A stretch of 64,000 nucleotides of DNA, from positions 49,726,001 through 49,790,000 of the forward strand of contig OZ076409.1 of assembly GCA_964187785.1 (NCBI GenBank), read 5' to 3'. The position numbers were made by a program, and so were the translations under genes. This stretch comes from Amphiscolops sp. MND2022. Its lineage: Eukaryota. Position 1 is the stretch's first letter. Every line of letters begins with the position of its first letter. This document shows positions 14,352 through 27,054 of this stretch, one piece after another. A model generated the notes under the pieces. That model ran no database searches. It was not told the origin of the DNA and saw only the letters and a list, made by a program, of their open reading frames with translations.

Positions 14352-17300
14352 TCGCCGGCCCTGTTTTCTCTCTGAAAACAATCGCCGAAAAGAGGCGCCA
14401 GCCTCACAGCAGGTCGAACGAATATCCCATTTGAAGTCTGGATCATTGCCGATCGCAGCACTCCATCACTACCGGGAAAGAAACCCACCAAAACTCTAGC
14501 CATTTGATTTTTGTACCGCTTGACTGACTCATCGATGACCCACACCATATCACCAATGTTGAGGGCTCGCCCATCATCATTTTTCCCCCATTTCGGTCGC
14601 ACGTTCCATTTCGGCAGATAATCGCGATTCCGTCTTTTCCATATCATTTCATGATAGGCTTGAGACACTCTCTAGAGCTTTCGACAGTTCACATATCTTG
14701 ATGCATCCGGAAAAAGTGGCTCACAAAATGGTCTGCCCAGTGGAAAATGGTTAGGCGTTAATGCCTCCAGATCTTCTGGATCATCACTGACAAGCGTCAA
14801 AGGTCTTGAATTTAGCGTCTGTTCAACCAGACACATCTATGTGGTGAGTACTGGTAGAGTCAAAGGTCGGCTTCCCAAGATAGCAATCATAGACTTTTTG
14901 CAACTTAAATACCACTTGTCGCTCCCATATACCACCGAAATGTGGCGCTGCAGGGGGAATGAATTACCAGAAAACGCGTTGCTTTTCAAGAATTTAGTAA
15001 TTAGCATCCTGATTCCATTCGCTGAAGGATTCTTTGAACTCCCGTAGGCAAGTCCGCCATGTGAGGTTGAAATGGTTGTAAAGCAGTTCTCCGACATTGT
15101 ACACAGCTGTACTAGATACGTCTCAAAGCGTTTCTGAGTCCAGTAGTCCAGTTTTGTTGTTGGAGTATGTTTCTGACATGGTATGTTCCTTCATGGTGAT
15201 TGTCCATTTGAACTTGTCTCAAGAGAAGAATAACTGCAGGGTGTTTAGCTGAAAGAAGAATTGGGTGCTTCGTCTCATCAAGACGCTTTGACTTATTCAG
15301 CCGTCCTGTAAGTCCTATGATGCCCTGCTTGTCCAGAAAAGGACCAAATTTAGCCACGTCATTCTTGGCGGCGTTTTCACTAGGTTTGATGAGCTTCTCA
15401 TACAGCTCAGGATAGCTCTCCCTCTGTGAGAGTTGCAAGATCGTCAGTTCTGCTGAATTCAGCCCATCAGCCATCAAGGGTCCTCTCTGTTTTGTTTTGA
15501 TTCTTCGACGGTAGACAAGCATATTGAGTAATCGTTTGAATTGACTGAACCTAGTCCAATCAAGAATACCCTCCCTGGAGGCTATAGTCCATGCTTGATC
15601 GTCCTCGTTTTCGACTAACTGCTGGAGTTTTGCAGGAGGTCAGGTCCCGTGAGAAGCATATCGTTCAGAGATGTTCCTCGAAATATCGCTGCAGCATTGC
15701 GAACCCTTCGGACATTCTCTGGTTTGTGAGGGTTTATCACTGGATGGTGAGGCAGATACGCTGAGTCTCCTCCTTCGTTTTCCTATGTTCTTCTTCATCT
15801 AGTTTCTTGACATAGTCATTCTCCAGGTCTACTTGAATAGTCTCTTGATATCTAGCTTTTAATGGAAGATCCTTCTCAAAACGTCTTTCCAATGAGCAAA
15901 ACTGTGAACGGGCTGAGTAGTATTTGTTTTCGGTTTTCGGGTTGTCGTCTGCCCACGGTAGGCCGACTTCATATCTACCATCGACCAACTTAGTTGTTTG
16001 TTCCAACTGCGCAAGAGCTCTTTTGTCTTCATTTGACTGTCCGCTGACATTCACTTTCGTCGCGTTTGATTCCATACTGAACCATGATTTCAGCTGTGCG
16101 CTCAGTTCACCATCTTCTGATGCAAGATGACTTGTAGCTGATGCAAGATTTGCCACTTCATGTTTCGGAAGCGGGCCACTGAGCGTCCATCCCAGTTTAT
16201 ATCTGAACGCCGTTTATATATCATTTTTGTGTCCCTTCTTGTATTCCATTGGACAGAGCAAATGGTAGTTATCTTGCCCAAGAACCACCTTGATTTTGCT
16301 CAAATCGAAAACTGCATTTGGTAGCACCTCTAGATGTTTGTATTTCTGTTTGATAGATTGATAATTGTAAGACTTGTTGCCCAGAAACATGCTTGGATGC
16401 ATATGGAACAAAACAGTTTCTCGAGCTGTAGGTGTTGTGATTTCCAATTTCACTTTCTCGCTTTGCATTTGTTTCGTGCAATTGATTCCTGAAATGTTGA
16501 AAGTCAAGCCAGTACCTTGTGCTTGAAGTTCTTGCTTCAGTGTTGCATCCACGAAGGATAGCGTAGAACCCGTGTCACAAATAGCCAGAGTGTCACACGA
16601 TTTGTTTCCATGTGACAATCTCAAAGCCACAATCTGCAGACTACCACTGCATGAGTTCGCGAGAGCTACCGGATTCGGTTGCACGCCTCTCGCCCCTCTC
16701 GATTCCGTTTCGGTTTTTCTTCACTGTGCAACAGGCGATTGTTGTGTTTACCGCACTTATTCTTGCCACACACTTTCGCATTGTCCAATTCGATGATCGA
16801 TACTGAGACAAGAAAAGCACAAGTTGTATTTCTTCACCGTTTCGTATCGTTCAGCCAGTTTCATATTTTTGTAAGATTCACATTGCCACAACTTGTGGTC
16901 CCCATCTTGCAATGGACACGAGGGTTTGCCTTTGGTGGAGGAGTTCGACGTAGCAGCAACGCTGGTTGTCTTCGGTTTGTCTCTTTTTGTTCGTTTTGTC
17001 TTGTCACTTGCATTTCCAAATTGTAAGCGGATGTTATCTTTTACACTGTTGAGCAATGTTTTTCAACCAGGCACTGAACACCCTCATGCTCTTGTATATT
17101 GGATCAAATCGTTGCAGGCACTTGTTTTCAGTTCGATTGGTAGTTTCCACACTGCACTGTTAAGCACTGACTCCGAAGCAATGTCACTTTCATATCCATA
17201 CTGAGTCAGGACATTCACACATCCAGAAATCACTTGTGAATACTTTAGGATGCCCACTGCAACGTGAGGTTTGATGAATCCGCAGGAATGTATCCTTTTC

Positions 17301-19200
17301 ATTTGAGCATTGACAACAAGTTCTGGTCGACCAAAATCTTGCTCAAGTGTTTGTCAAGCCACTTCATACATGCCACCAAAGTAACCCATGCCGTCTATTG
17401 ATGATTTCGCACTTCCCATGACAAGAGTTTTCAAGTAGTTCATCTTGACACTCTCCGGTACTCCAGCTTGAACGACAGTTGCTAGAAACTGTCCCGATCA
17501 CTCAGGCCATTCGATAGGATCGCTAGAGAACTTGTCCAGAACCAGTTTAGGTAGTTTCTTTGGTGAAGTGACTGCCGGAAGAGTTCTGAGTGATGTCGTT
17601 GTTAACGGTTGATGGCGTTGCAATTGTTTTGGCGAGATGTTGCTCGCAGCGGGCGTCGGGATTGTCTGCGGTACAAACACCTTCTCGGGGTTGAAATTAA
17701 TTGTTTTCTTTTTGGTGTCTGTTTGTTGTGCGGGCAACGATGGCTCTTTGCTAGCATACTGTTGGTCATCGTTGAAGTATTGTGATGTGCCATTATCTTG
17801 GCTTTTCAGATATAGGTTCGGTCTTCTTTCGTCGTCGTTCGAGTAATTGAAAATGCTCCTCGACGACTCTAACCAATCTTTTGTAATCGCAGCATTTTCA
17901 GTCTCGGAATGATTCATACTGCAAATGCTAGATCTCGATGAAGCTCGTTCCAATTTTTCCAGCTTCTCCATTTTCAGATGATGCTGTTTCTTGCGGATCA
18001 TCACTTCCAATTCTAGTGCCTTCTTTGCGATTGCCCATTCCATCTCTCGCTCTTTCTGTTCCAGTTCCATTTCCAGCTCGCGTCGCTTCCGTTTCAGCTC
18101 TATCTCCTGCTGCTTCTTTTGATCTCGGCTTCCCTTTGTTCTTCGAAGATTTGTGCTACAAGTTCCGCACGTCTCCGAGACGATCGAGACGAAGGTATTG
18201 AACCCAATAGCTTTCTAGCGCTGCCCATGATATCCTCTGGCTCTTCTGCGACCTTGAATTCCTTTTGGGGGGTTTCAACGCTGACTTCAGCTGATCCTAC
18301 ATTAGGAATGGTATCCTCTGCAGGAGGGTCCGCTGCTAGAACTCCTCTAATGGTTCCAGCACTTTCTTTCCCGGCAACGGGCTCATTGTCTTCATTTTCA
18401 TAGTCTGGCAGTATCATTGTTGTCTCCACATTTTCGACGCGTTCTTCACCTTTCCTCGATGCCGCCGCTAAGTGATCTTCTAAATTTTGATGAACCAATT
18501 GATTCTGTTCATCTCTGGCGTTTTGCTGATAGAATTTGTTCAAGTAGCTCAGCCAGCCAAATAGATTTTTCTCCTGCGCACGCTCATCAGGTTCCTCATT
18601 TTGAAAAGTGAGCAAAAGCGGTATGATGAGTCATCGCTTTTGTTATTGAAGCATTCTGTGTTCCTCTAGTGTGTGAGTAAGTCGTTGAAGGAGTTGCCGT
18701 ATCTTTAACACTCTGTCCCTTTGTCCGATCAAAGCGTTATCTCTCGTTTGAACTCCGCTTGTGATTGAGGGATGCTTCGCTGTTTGTCTTCCAACTTCCC
18801 AAATTCCACACTAGATACTTTCGTTATGAGGAGCTCTGATTTCTGGACAATCCATTTGAAGGCAGAGTTGTTTGTTGTCCATAGCTCCACTGCTTTGTCC
18901 AATCCATAGAGAATTCGTTTTTGGTGAGCTAAAAGCTCTTTCTGTGCCTTTGTTTTGATCATGAACGTGATCAATGTTATCAAGTCCATGAACTTCTGCT
19001 TTTCAGAAGAGAATTCACTGTAAAATTTCCCCAAGACGACAAGCTTGGTATTTGGAGTCCAGGCAGTTTTCTTGCTGAATTGATCTGTTGAGACAATCTC
19101 CCTTTAGGTTTTGAAGCTTTTATCTAAAGCCTCAACGTCAGGTTTCCACTCGGCAAGATCACATGACTGCTTCATCTTATTCTACCTTTTGTCGTCTTTG
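14312..19200 (-). pseudogene. BEL/Pao gag-pol, frameshifted, most of RT/RH deleted
   Basis: KLPKLVLDKFSSDPIEWPE (BEL gag); Cys-His knuckles CPLQDGDHKLWQC and CFSCLSIDHRIGQC; protease AICDTGS; GRYEVGLPW; KHPILL...HHEG integrase N-terminus; C-terminal LPKWNVRPKW...FPGSDGVLRS. Confidence 0.9.
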
Positions 19201-19288
19201 AACCGTGTTATATCGAGCTCCGGTATCACCTTCGAAGCAATCTCCTTTCTCGTGGTTCTCTCAATCCAATTTTTCCGAATCAAATACG

Positions 19289-19305
19289 TCCGGATCGGCG
19301 GACCA
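19289..19305 (-). promoter_or_regulatory. Primer-binding site of the BEL element (tRNA-Tyr-like)
   Basis: Minus strand TGGTCCGCCGATCCGGA lies 2 nt after the LTR end. The tRNA identity is from recall. Confidence 0.75.
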
Positions 19306-19307
19306 AA

Positions 19308-19796
19308 TGTAACGGCCGCTCAAATCTTACAGCGGAACTGAGCTGTCTGCCGGTCCCTGATCCTTGACGCTTCTTCGACCAAAAGCAGGAACAAACTTTC
19401 AAAAGTACTGTATTTCTTCAATGAGTTCTCAGCTGCTAGCAACTTTGTGTTTCTCAACTTCAGACTCATTGGGCAGAACATTACTTCAAGTCCAACACCA
19501 TTGTGACTGGAAATCCGCCTCGCCTCCTCGTTGTCCGGAGGTTGAACTTCCAAACACTGCAACTGACCGTCCTCAACAAAGTGTTTCCACCAAAGCCTCC
19601 AAAGAGGGTTGTCGTTTCACGTCCATAGCTCTTACGATGAGCTTTTGATCTCGCAACTACGATGAGCGATTATAGAACGCTTTCCTAGGTCTTAGACCTA
19701 CTACGCCTAATAATGCTGTTTCAAGAGAACTTTTCTGATTGATTAGGACTCCTAAAACAGCTGATCGTTTTTTTTTCGATCGTTGAGCAGTGCAAT
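19308..19796 (-). repeat. BEL/Pao 5' LTR, first piece
   Basis: Matches 13667-14115. Confidence 0.9.
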
Positions 19797-21102
19797 TATA
19801 TTTGTGGAACAACAACCTTTCACAAAAAATTTACCAGATATTACAAGGTGTTGAATTATTTGACATATAAGACCGCTTAGTACGCATTTTGGCAAAATGA
19901 ATAAATAATACGCGGCTACTATGAGGCATTAACGCATACTGACTTAAGTATTTGAATTGAATTGCTGTACTAAGTTTGCAGCATGTTGCAGGATAATTTC
20001 GTCTTTCCAATACTTTAATCATGACATTTGAGAGTATGATTCATCATAACAATCTGGTCACACGTGCAGTAATGTGTTAGAGTTAGTACTTGCACTACAT
20101 ATGAGTCATACTACATACTGTCATGAGTTTCTCATCAACGTTGAACAAGATCGGTGCAGTTAGTGTAGTAACCAATCAGAACGCAGGAAAATATTCGTCA
20201 TGCAGGAATCTATTTATAGAAGTGCTGTAACTTACAAACCTGTTTTTATACAAAATTGGGTACTATTTTTAGTGATTACATAATCATGATGTAACCATGA
20301 CTTTCCAAAAATTGGTCGTCATGCTGCTAAATTTAGCCCTAATCAAAAAGGAGAGAAAAAACCCAAAAATATTCAATCAACAAAAAGCCTTCACACCAAT
20401 CAGACCTTTTTTCACCCTCTCAACCTTAGTTTTTAACTTTGATAACATAATATTATGTACATTTTCCTCAACTTTGTTTCAACTCCGTTTTACTTTGCTC
20501 ATCAATCTAATTGAAATTCTTCTATCCAAAACAGCAATTTAACCTGACTAGAATGGGTAACAGAAAGAAATAGAAGATCTAGACGAGGACAGTCATCTTC
20601 ACTCGAGAGAGAATTGAACACATCCGAAATAGAAACGTCACAAGGTAATGAAACTGTTATCGAAACTTTAAGTAACTTTGGAATAGTTAGTTTGGTTAAG
20701 AACGGTTGATTGCGGAACACAGAGTGAAAATGAAATGCAAATCTGGACCTAATAAATATCTGATAAAACGAATAAGGAAGTAACAAACTTAAGAAAGGAA
20801 ATGGATGAGAAATTGGAATGAGTGTTGAAAGAGATAAAAAATAGCAGAAGAACACAATCCGTGCCTAGCAGGCGATATCAAGAGCAAAACACCCTTAAAG
20901 CGGGAACTTCAAAATACATAGATAACGAAGACTGTGAAGACAACACATCTGAACCAGAAAATCAGGAATGTGAAATACAGGATAATCCTTTCAGGCTATC
21001 TAATATGAATGAACTCAGAACACCAATACAGCCTTTAAACATCCAAAGTATGAATCTAAATGACTCTGTGGTCATAAATGAAGACAGGAGAGGATTATCA
21101 CA
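19797..21102 (+). repeat. Gypsy 5' LTR, 5'-truncated; includes the start of gag
   Basis: Homology with the right copy stops at GAGGATTATCACA, which is followed by the PBS-like (A/T)GGTGACAGGAG. Confidence 0.7.
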
Positions 21103-22198
21103 AGGTGACAGGAGCTATCAAACCACTTCATCGTCAAAGCTCACAAAATACAACAACAACACACAATGAACATCTGATTGCTGAACCACTTAATATTCAG
21201 CAAGACCCCGTTAATCAAATAGCAATGGTTTTTGAGAAACTAGCAAGCCGCAACACACAACGATCTCTTTTTCACCCGAAATGTACACTCACAATTAATG
21301 GTAAATTAGAAAAGATTGTGAAATTTGATTATTTTGAAGATCTTTTCCACACAACACTCAGAATGCAACCTGCATTAACTGAGGAAATGGAAATAACTAA
21401 TTTTCACGCACACTTGCTTGGATTAGCTTCAAAAACACTCAAAAACATCCAACGAACACCACCAACTACGCTTGAAGACATACTGGTAGTGTTCTGTAGA
21501 AAATAAGTCTAGACCGAATCTAGTGCGTCCGCAAAGCATAGATTTCATCGCTTGGTTTTAGACCCGTAACGCTAGAAACTACCGGATTTCCTAGAGGAAC
21601 TACAAGAAAGCGCCGAAAAAGCCTTTGGTGACATTGCATCACAAATGTTAGAAAATCTAATAAATGCAAAAATGCCACCACACTTGAAACGTTCTATTAA
21701 TCAAGCTAACCTTGAGAATGGAACGTACGAGCAAATAGTCCGACACCTCGAACGTGAGATGGACTTGAATCAGAAGACACTGGCGTTAAAACGCAAGTGA
21801 CAGGAATAAACAAACAGTCAGAAGACAGAACAACATGGCAGAAACCTGCAACAACAAAAAAGAAGCAACAAACATCAAAAACAGTGCCCAACAATACATT
21901 GCAAGACGACCAATGTTTTTATTGCAAAAACACGGGGCACAAGGCAGCAGACTGCGCAAAACTAGCAAAACGTCGTAAGCTGGAAGAAGATCCTGATGCC
22001 ATGCGATGTACGCATTGCAACGCACCAGGACATGAGGAACCAACATGCTACTTCGGAGCAAATATGGAAAATCGCCCCCGAATTGGACTCTAACTGAAGC
22101 ACAAAAAAAAACTCATTGAAAATTACAAACATTCCAACAAACTTATTAACCCGAAAGCACCCCGAAAACAACCTTCGTCATCGAAGGATTTAAACTAA
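20552..22198 (+). pseudogene. Gypsy gag (disrupted) with two CCHC knuckles
   Basis: CFYCKNTGHKAADC and CTHCNAPGHEEPTC. Ends GAT TTA AAC TAA. Confidence 0.85.
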
Positions 22199-25100
22199 TA
22201 AAACCACACCCCACAAAACCAGAGGAGAAAAATGACTGGCAGCATCCAACTCCACACACAGTAAAAACAAATACTTTCACACAACACACTGACTCTCAGA
22301 CTCAAGAAACCTAACAAAATGAATCAAAGGACGATTTGTATGAAATATACAGAGACGCGCCTGACAGATACATAACCACAAATCTTTGAACCACAATTTT
22401 GAACCTCTCCAAACACAAGACCCATCTGAAATACCAACCGAACCTGCATCAAAAATTACCCCTCATAGATGATGAAATTCAAAATCATCTTACAATTATT
22501 AGAGAAACAGATATATCAATGCATCTTCTATCAACCAACCTGACACTAAAAAGCAAACGCCATATGTATTTTTTTTCCAATGGGTTTTGAAAAGCTTACA
22601 CTTGACGGTCTAATCGATACTGGAGCTCTCACGAGCGCAATATCGGAACAAGATCTAAATAAAATGAAACTCCTTGCACCAGAAGCAATAACAGACACAA
22701 GTCCCGCACCAATTTTCCAAATATTGGAAGCAAACGGACAATTGGAAACACCAATCGGAACAATCTGCCTAACATTTGAAAAGGCAGATTTTATGTTCAA
22801 AGAAAATTTCATCGTTATGAAAGTTTTACCCAATCCTCTAATTGGACTTTGCTTCTTTAAAAAGATCATTGCCATTTTCGACATTCGACAAGGAGTATTA
22901 CCTTTTCCGCATTTATCAATGCAACTGAAACCAGAACACAATCTTCCAACACGACAATCAACACCACTACTTGCAGAAGCAATATACACACTATAACCGG
23001 GTGAAACGATGCTTATTCCAAGCAGAATGCCGCACTTAATTGATCATGATGCAACAGGCATAGCAACGCCATCTACGAATCTTGAGGATCATGACACACT
23101 TTTTCTTGTCTCTTCCTTCTGCACAGTCAACAATAACGCAGTAGGATACCAGATGTGTAATTTCTCAGAACTACCCTATACAATAACAACCGACACACAT
23201 CTAGCCGACTTTCGAGTTTTAACCCCACAACAGTTAAAATACATCAAGCCAATTAACCCTTCAACACTAACATTCATCATGCACCAACAAACTGAAGTTA
23301 CGGATGTATCCCTAAACGAACTTCTGAAGGCAAACAACAAAGAAGATAAAACAGAACAAGACTGGTTTCCAACACCGGAACAACCTGGAAACTCCGCAAC
23401 ATACACACCCATTCAAAAACGAATGTTTGATGAAATAGTGGAATTCCAATCACTCCAAAAACTTAACCCACATGACGACGAACAATCACGCAAATATTCC
23501 TCGACAATATTGCTTGGAATGACACAACACTCACACTGTTTGAACGACAAAAAGTGGAAGAACTGCTGGTTGAATTTCATGATATTTTCGCCTGACACAG
23601 GTTTGACATTGGAACAATTAGAGAATTCAAAGTCAAACTCACACCAAACGATGACCAACCAGCAAAGAGCCAAAGCCTCCCAACACCCATCAACCTAAAA
23701 TATGACATCACGGTAGAACTTGCCTTACTTCACAAGTATGGTATAATAACAACTCTACCTTTCTCTAAATATGCAAGTCCCATTTTTGCGCAACGAAAAT
23801 CTAATGGTAGACTACGACTCTTAGTCGACTTGCGGAAAATAAATAATCTCATTTCCGAAGACTACGTAAACAACAACCACCCAGTCAGTACACTTTCCGA
23901 CTCAGCCCAACATATGGCAGGAAAGAAATTATTCTGTAAACTTGACTGTTCACAAGCGTCTCACTGCTGTCGGATGGCAGATTACCAAACAATCCAAATG
24001 TTGGCCTTTAACTTTGCTAGCCGAACCTTTGTGTACCGGCGATCAGCACAAGGCCTTAGTCGATCCCTATCAGCATTCTCCAGTTTCATACAAGAATACT
24101 TAGACACCCTCATCAAAGCAGACCAGTTCGCCCAAAACGTCGATGACATCGGAATTGCAGCAAGCACAGTGACACAGTTGTGTATAAATATCCGAGCAGT
24201 CTTCGAATGTATACGCAACGCAGGTCTGAAACTGTCAATGTCAAAATGTCATTTTGGAGTAAAACAAGTCGACTTTCTAGGAAGAACCATCACACCTGAA
24301 GGTGTCTCCCCCCAAGTAGACAAAGTCAAAGGTTTCTCAGCGAAACTTACCTTCCCCAAATCCAAAAAAGGCCTTCAATGCTATATTGGTTTTCTGAACT
24401 ATTACAGAAATTATATACCACGCCTTTCGGAACGACTCACCCCGTTCTTCAAATTACTGAAGGAAACGAACAAACTCTACATTTCTACTGAACTCACAAG
24501 CAATTTTGAACAGTTGAACAACCTCCTCCAATCGTGCCAAATGGCACTCAAACAACCACTCAAAGACAAACAACTAATCGTCATGTCAGATGCAATTTTC
24601 ACAGCTGCAGGATGTGCGATTATAATTGAAGATGATCCTCAACAAAAACTACAATCAAAGCGCAAAACATATGCCCCAAAAGCTTTTGGCTCAAAAACAT
24701 TCAACCCAACCCAATTGAAAATTTCAATATATGCGAAAGAATTTTTAGCAATTTTCTTCGCATTCTCAAAACTTTGACACTTAATATGGGGAAGTACCTT
24801 TCCCGTAATTGTTTTTACTGACAACCGAGCAGTCACGAGACTTTTTCAAACAAAAATCCATTCCCCCAGCACTATGGAATGCATCCGACTACGTCTTGCA
24901 GTATAATTTCGTCATAGCACATGTAGCAGGAGGGATGAACACGGCTGCAGACTTCTTGTCGCGAACGGAAATCAACCCGACAGAAAAACTGGAAATGAAT
25001 TTACGCAACGATATACAAACAAAAGCTATCGAGGTCAATATCCAATCCTCTGGCATAGCCGAGGGAGAACAGATTTACCTTTCACCCAGACAATGAAATT

Positions 25101-26900
25101 GATGAGAAAACACTTTGGGAACAAAAAGACAATATTAGAAATCAAGCACAAACAGAAACACAGCGAACCGGAAAACGAAATAACCGAATTACAAAATTTT
25201 CATAAACCAATTGCCGGAACAATAGATTATCGGGAAGGACACTTTCGAGACAACGCAAAAATCCGATCCGAACAAAATATTGACCCAGTCCTTCGTAATC
25301 TCAGAGCAAAAATAGAAGGTGAGCCTTTCGATGAGTCAGCGTTCACACAATACAATCGCTACTAACATTACCTACAAAACATACCCCGCATCGAGATCCG
25401 CCAAGACATTCTTGCACGAAAATACTACAATGATATTGGACAAATCTCGCACTACCAAATACTCTTACCAAAACAGCTTCTTGAAGAGTTCCTACAGGCA
25501 TCGCATGGACACAATGCAAATCACCCAGGAATAACAAAAATGATACAAGAAGCGGGACAGAAACACTAATACCCATGCTTAGCAAAGCACATCAACAATT
25601 GGTTACAAAATTGCCAAATGTGCATTCAAAACAAAAGAATCAATATTGATTTACTGGGAACAGAATTTCCTAATTGCCCAGAAGATGTACATTAAATGGA
25701 CATCTTACCTAGTCTCCTATCAAGTGGAGGTTTTGATAACATTATAAAAGCAATTGATGTCTTCTCAAAATATTTATTTGCTTACCCAACAAACTGAATC
25801 ACAGCGCCTACAGTCGCAAGAGCCAGTATGGACATTTTGTGCAAACACATATATTTACCAACGTTCATAATAACTGACATGGGCACTCAATTCAACTCAC
25901 AAATCACTCCAGAAGTAGCAGCAGTGCTTGGAATTGAACTAAAACATGCTTCGACAAAACATGCACAAACAATCGTTATGCTAGAACGCACTCATGCTAC
26001 AGTAAAAACACATTTGAAAGCAGCTACAGGTGAATTTCGCAATATTTGGCATAAATTCCTACCACACTGGCTGTCTTAAACCACAGCACAACGTATCATG
26101 CCAGCTTAGGATGTGAACCCAACCGTGTTTTCCACGGCAGGATACCACCACCAGCAAACCAAAAAGAATACCATGCAGTCATATTTAAAGTATAAAGCAT
26201 ACAATGACCGCAAGGCAAAAGCAGCACCACTTACTACAACAGACTATTGCTACACACTGAACCCGAAGGCAGACACACAAGCAACAAAAATTCCGTTCCG
26301 AGAATTCCGTTGGATAGGTCCCTACGAAGTCGAAAAAGTCCTACCTAACAATAACTACATTGTACGAAGTCTGAGGACAAACAAAACACAACTGTTACAC
26401 CGAATGCGTTTCAGAAAATTTAGACCAAGTGCACCATTTGCAGATAATTTTGTCAGAGAAACAGATTGGCAAAAAGATGACAACATAATGGTAACACACG
26501 ATTATCTGTATGCCCACATATGGGATACAAAATTTTGGTACATATCCATTTGATACAGAACTCTCAGATAACGAACAAGATGACACACAAGAATATGTAC
26601 CGATAAACCAACCACCTCCCTCGAAATTTCAAAAAACAGTGGGGGAGCCCCGGTAGAACAAACTACCGTTCCTAATGAAGAAACGCCAACAGAGAATGCA
26701 GAAAATGAAATTGATGCAATTGATAATCAACAAGACATACAACCTAACCCTACTATTGATGCAGAAAAATCCTCCGGAAATACAGATGAAAACCAAGAAA
26801 ATGATGAAGTTCAAAAAAAACTAACCACAAATACACGTGGTGAAAAATACAAATTACGACCTAACTCAATTCGTAACTTTTCAGACTCATATAGATACTG
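22190..26900 (+). pseudogene. Gypsy pol (PR, RT, RNase H, integrase), disrupted
   Basis: LIDTGA; ASPIF...LVDLRKIN, KLDCSQA, NVDDI; VMSDA, YAKEFLAI; HPG...CQMC, ITDMG, LERTH; WIGPY. Confidence 0.93.
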
Positions 26901-27054
26901 AAAACAAAAGCATAACTGAAACTCAACTCGCTGCTTCCTAATGCGCCCCATGAAAACAAATAAAAACAACAAAATCTATGAGGCAAAAACAGAAATTGCC
27001 TGAAGAAAATATACAAATTTTCAGTATAGTTTAATAAAAACGACAAAGAATAAA

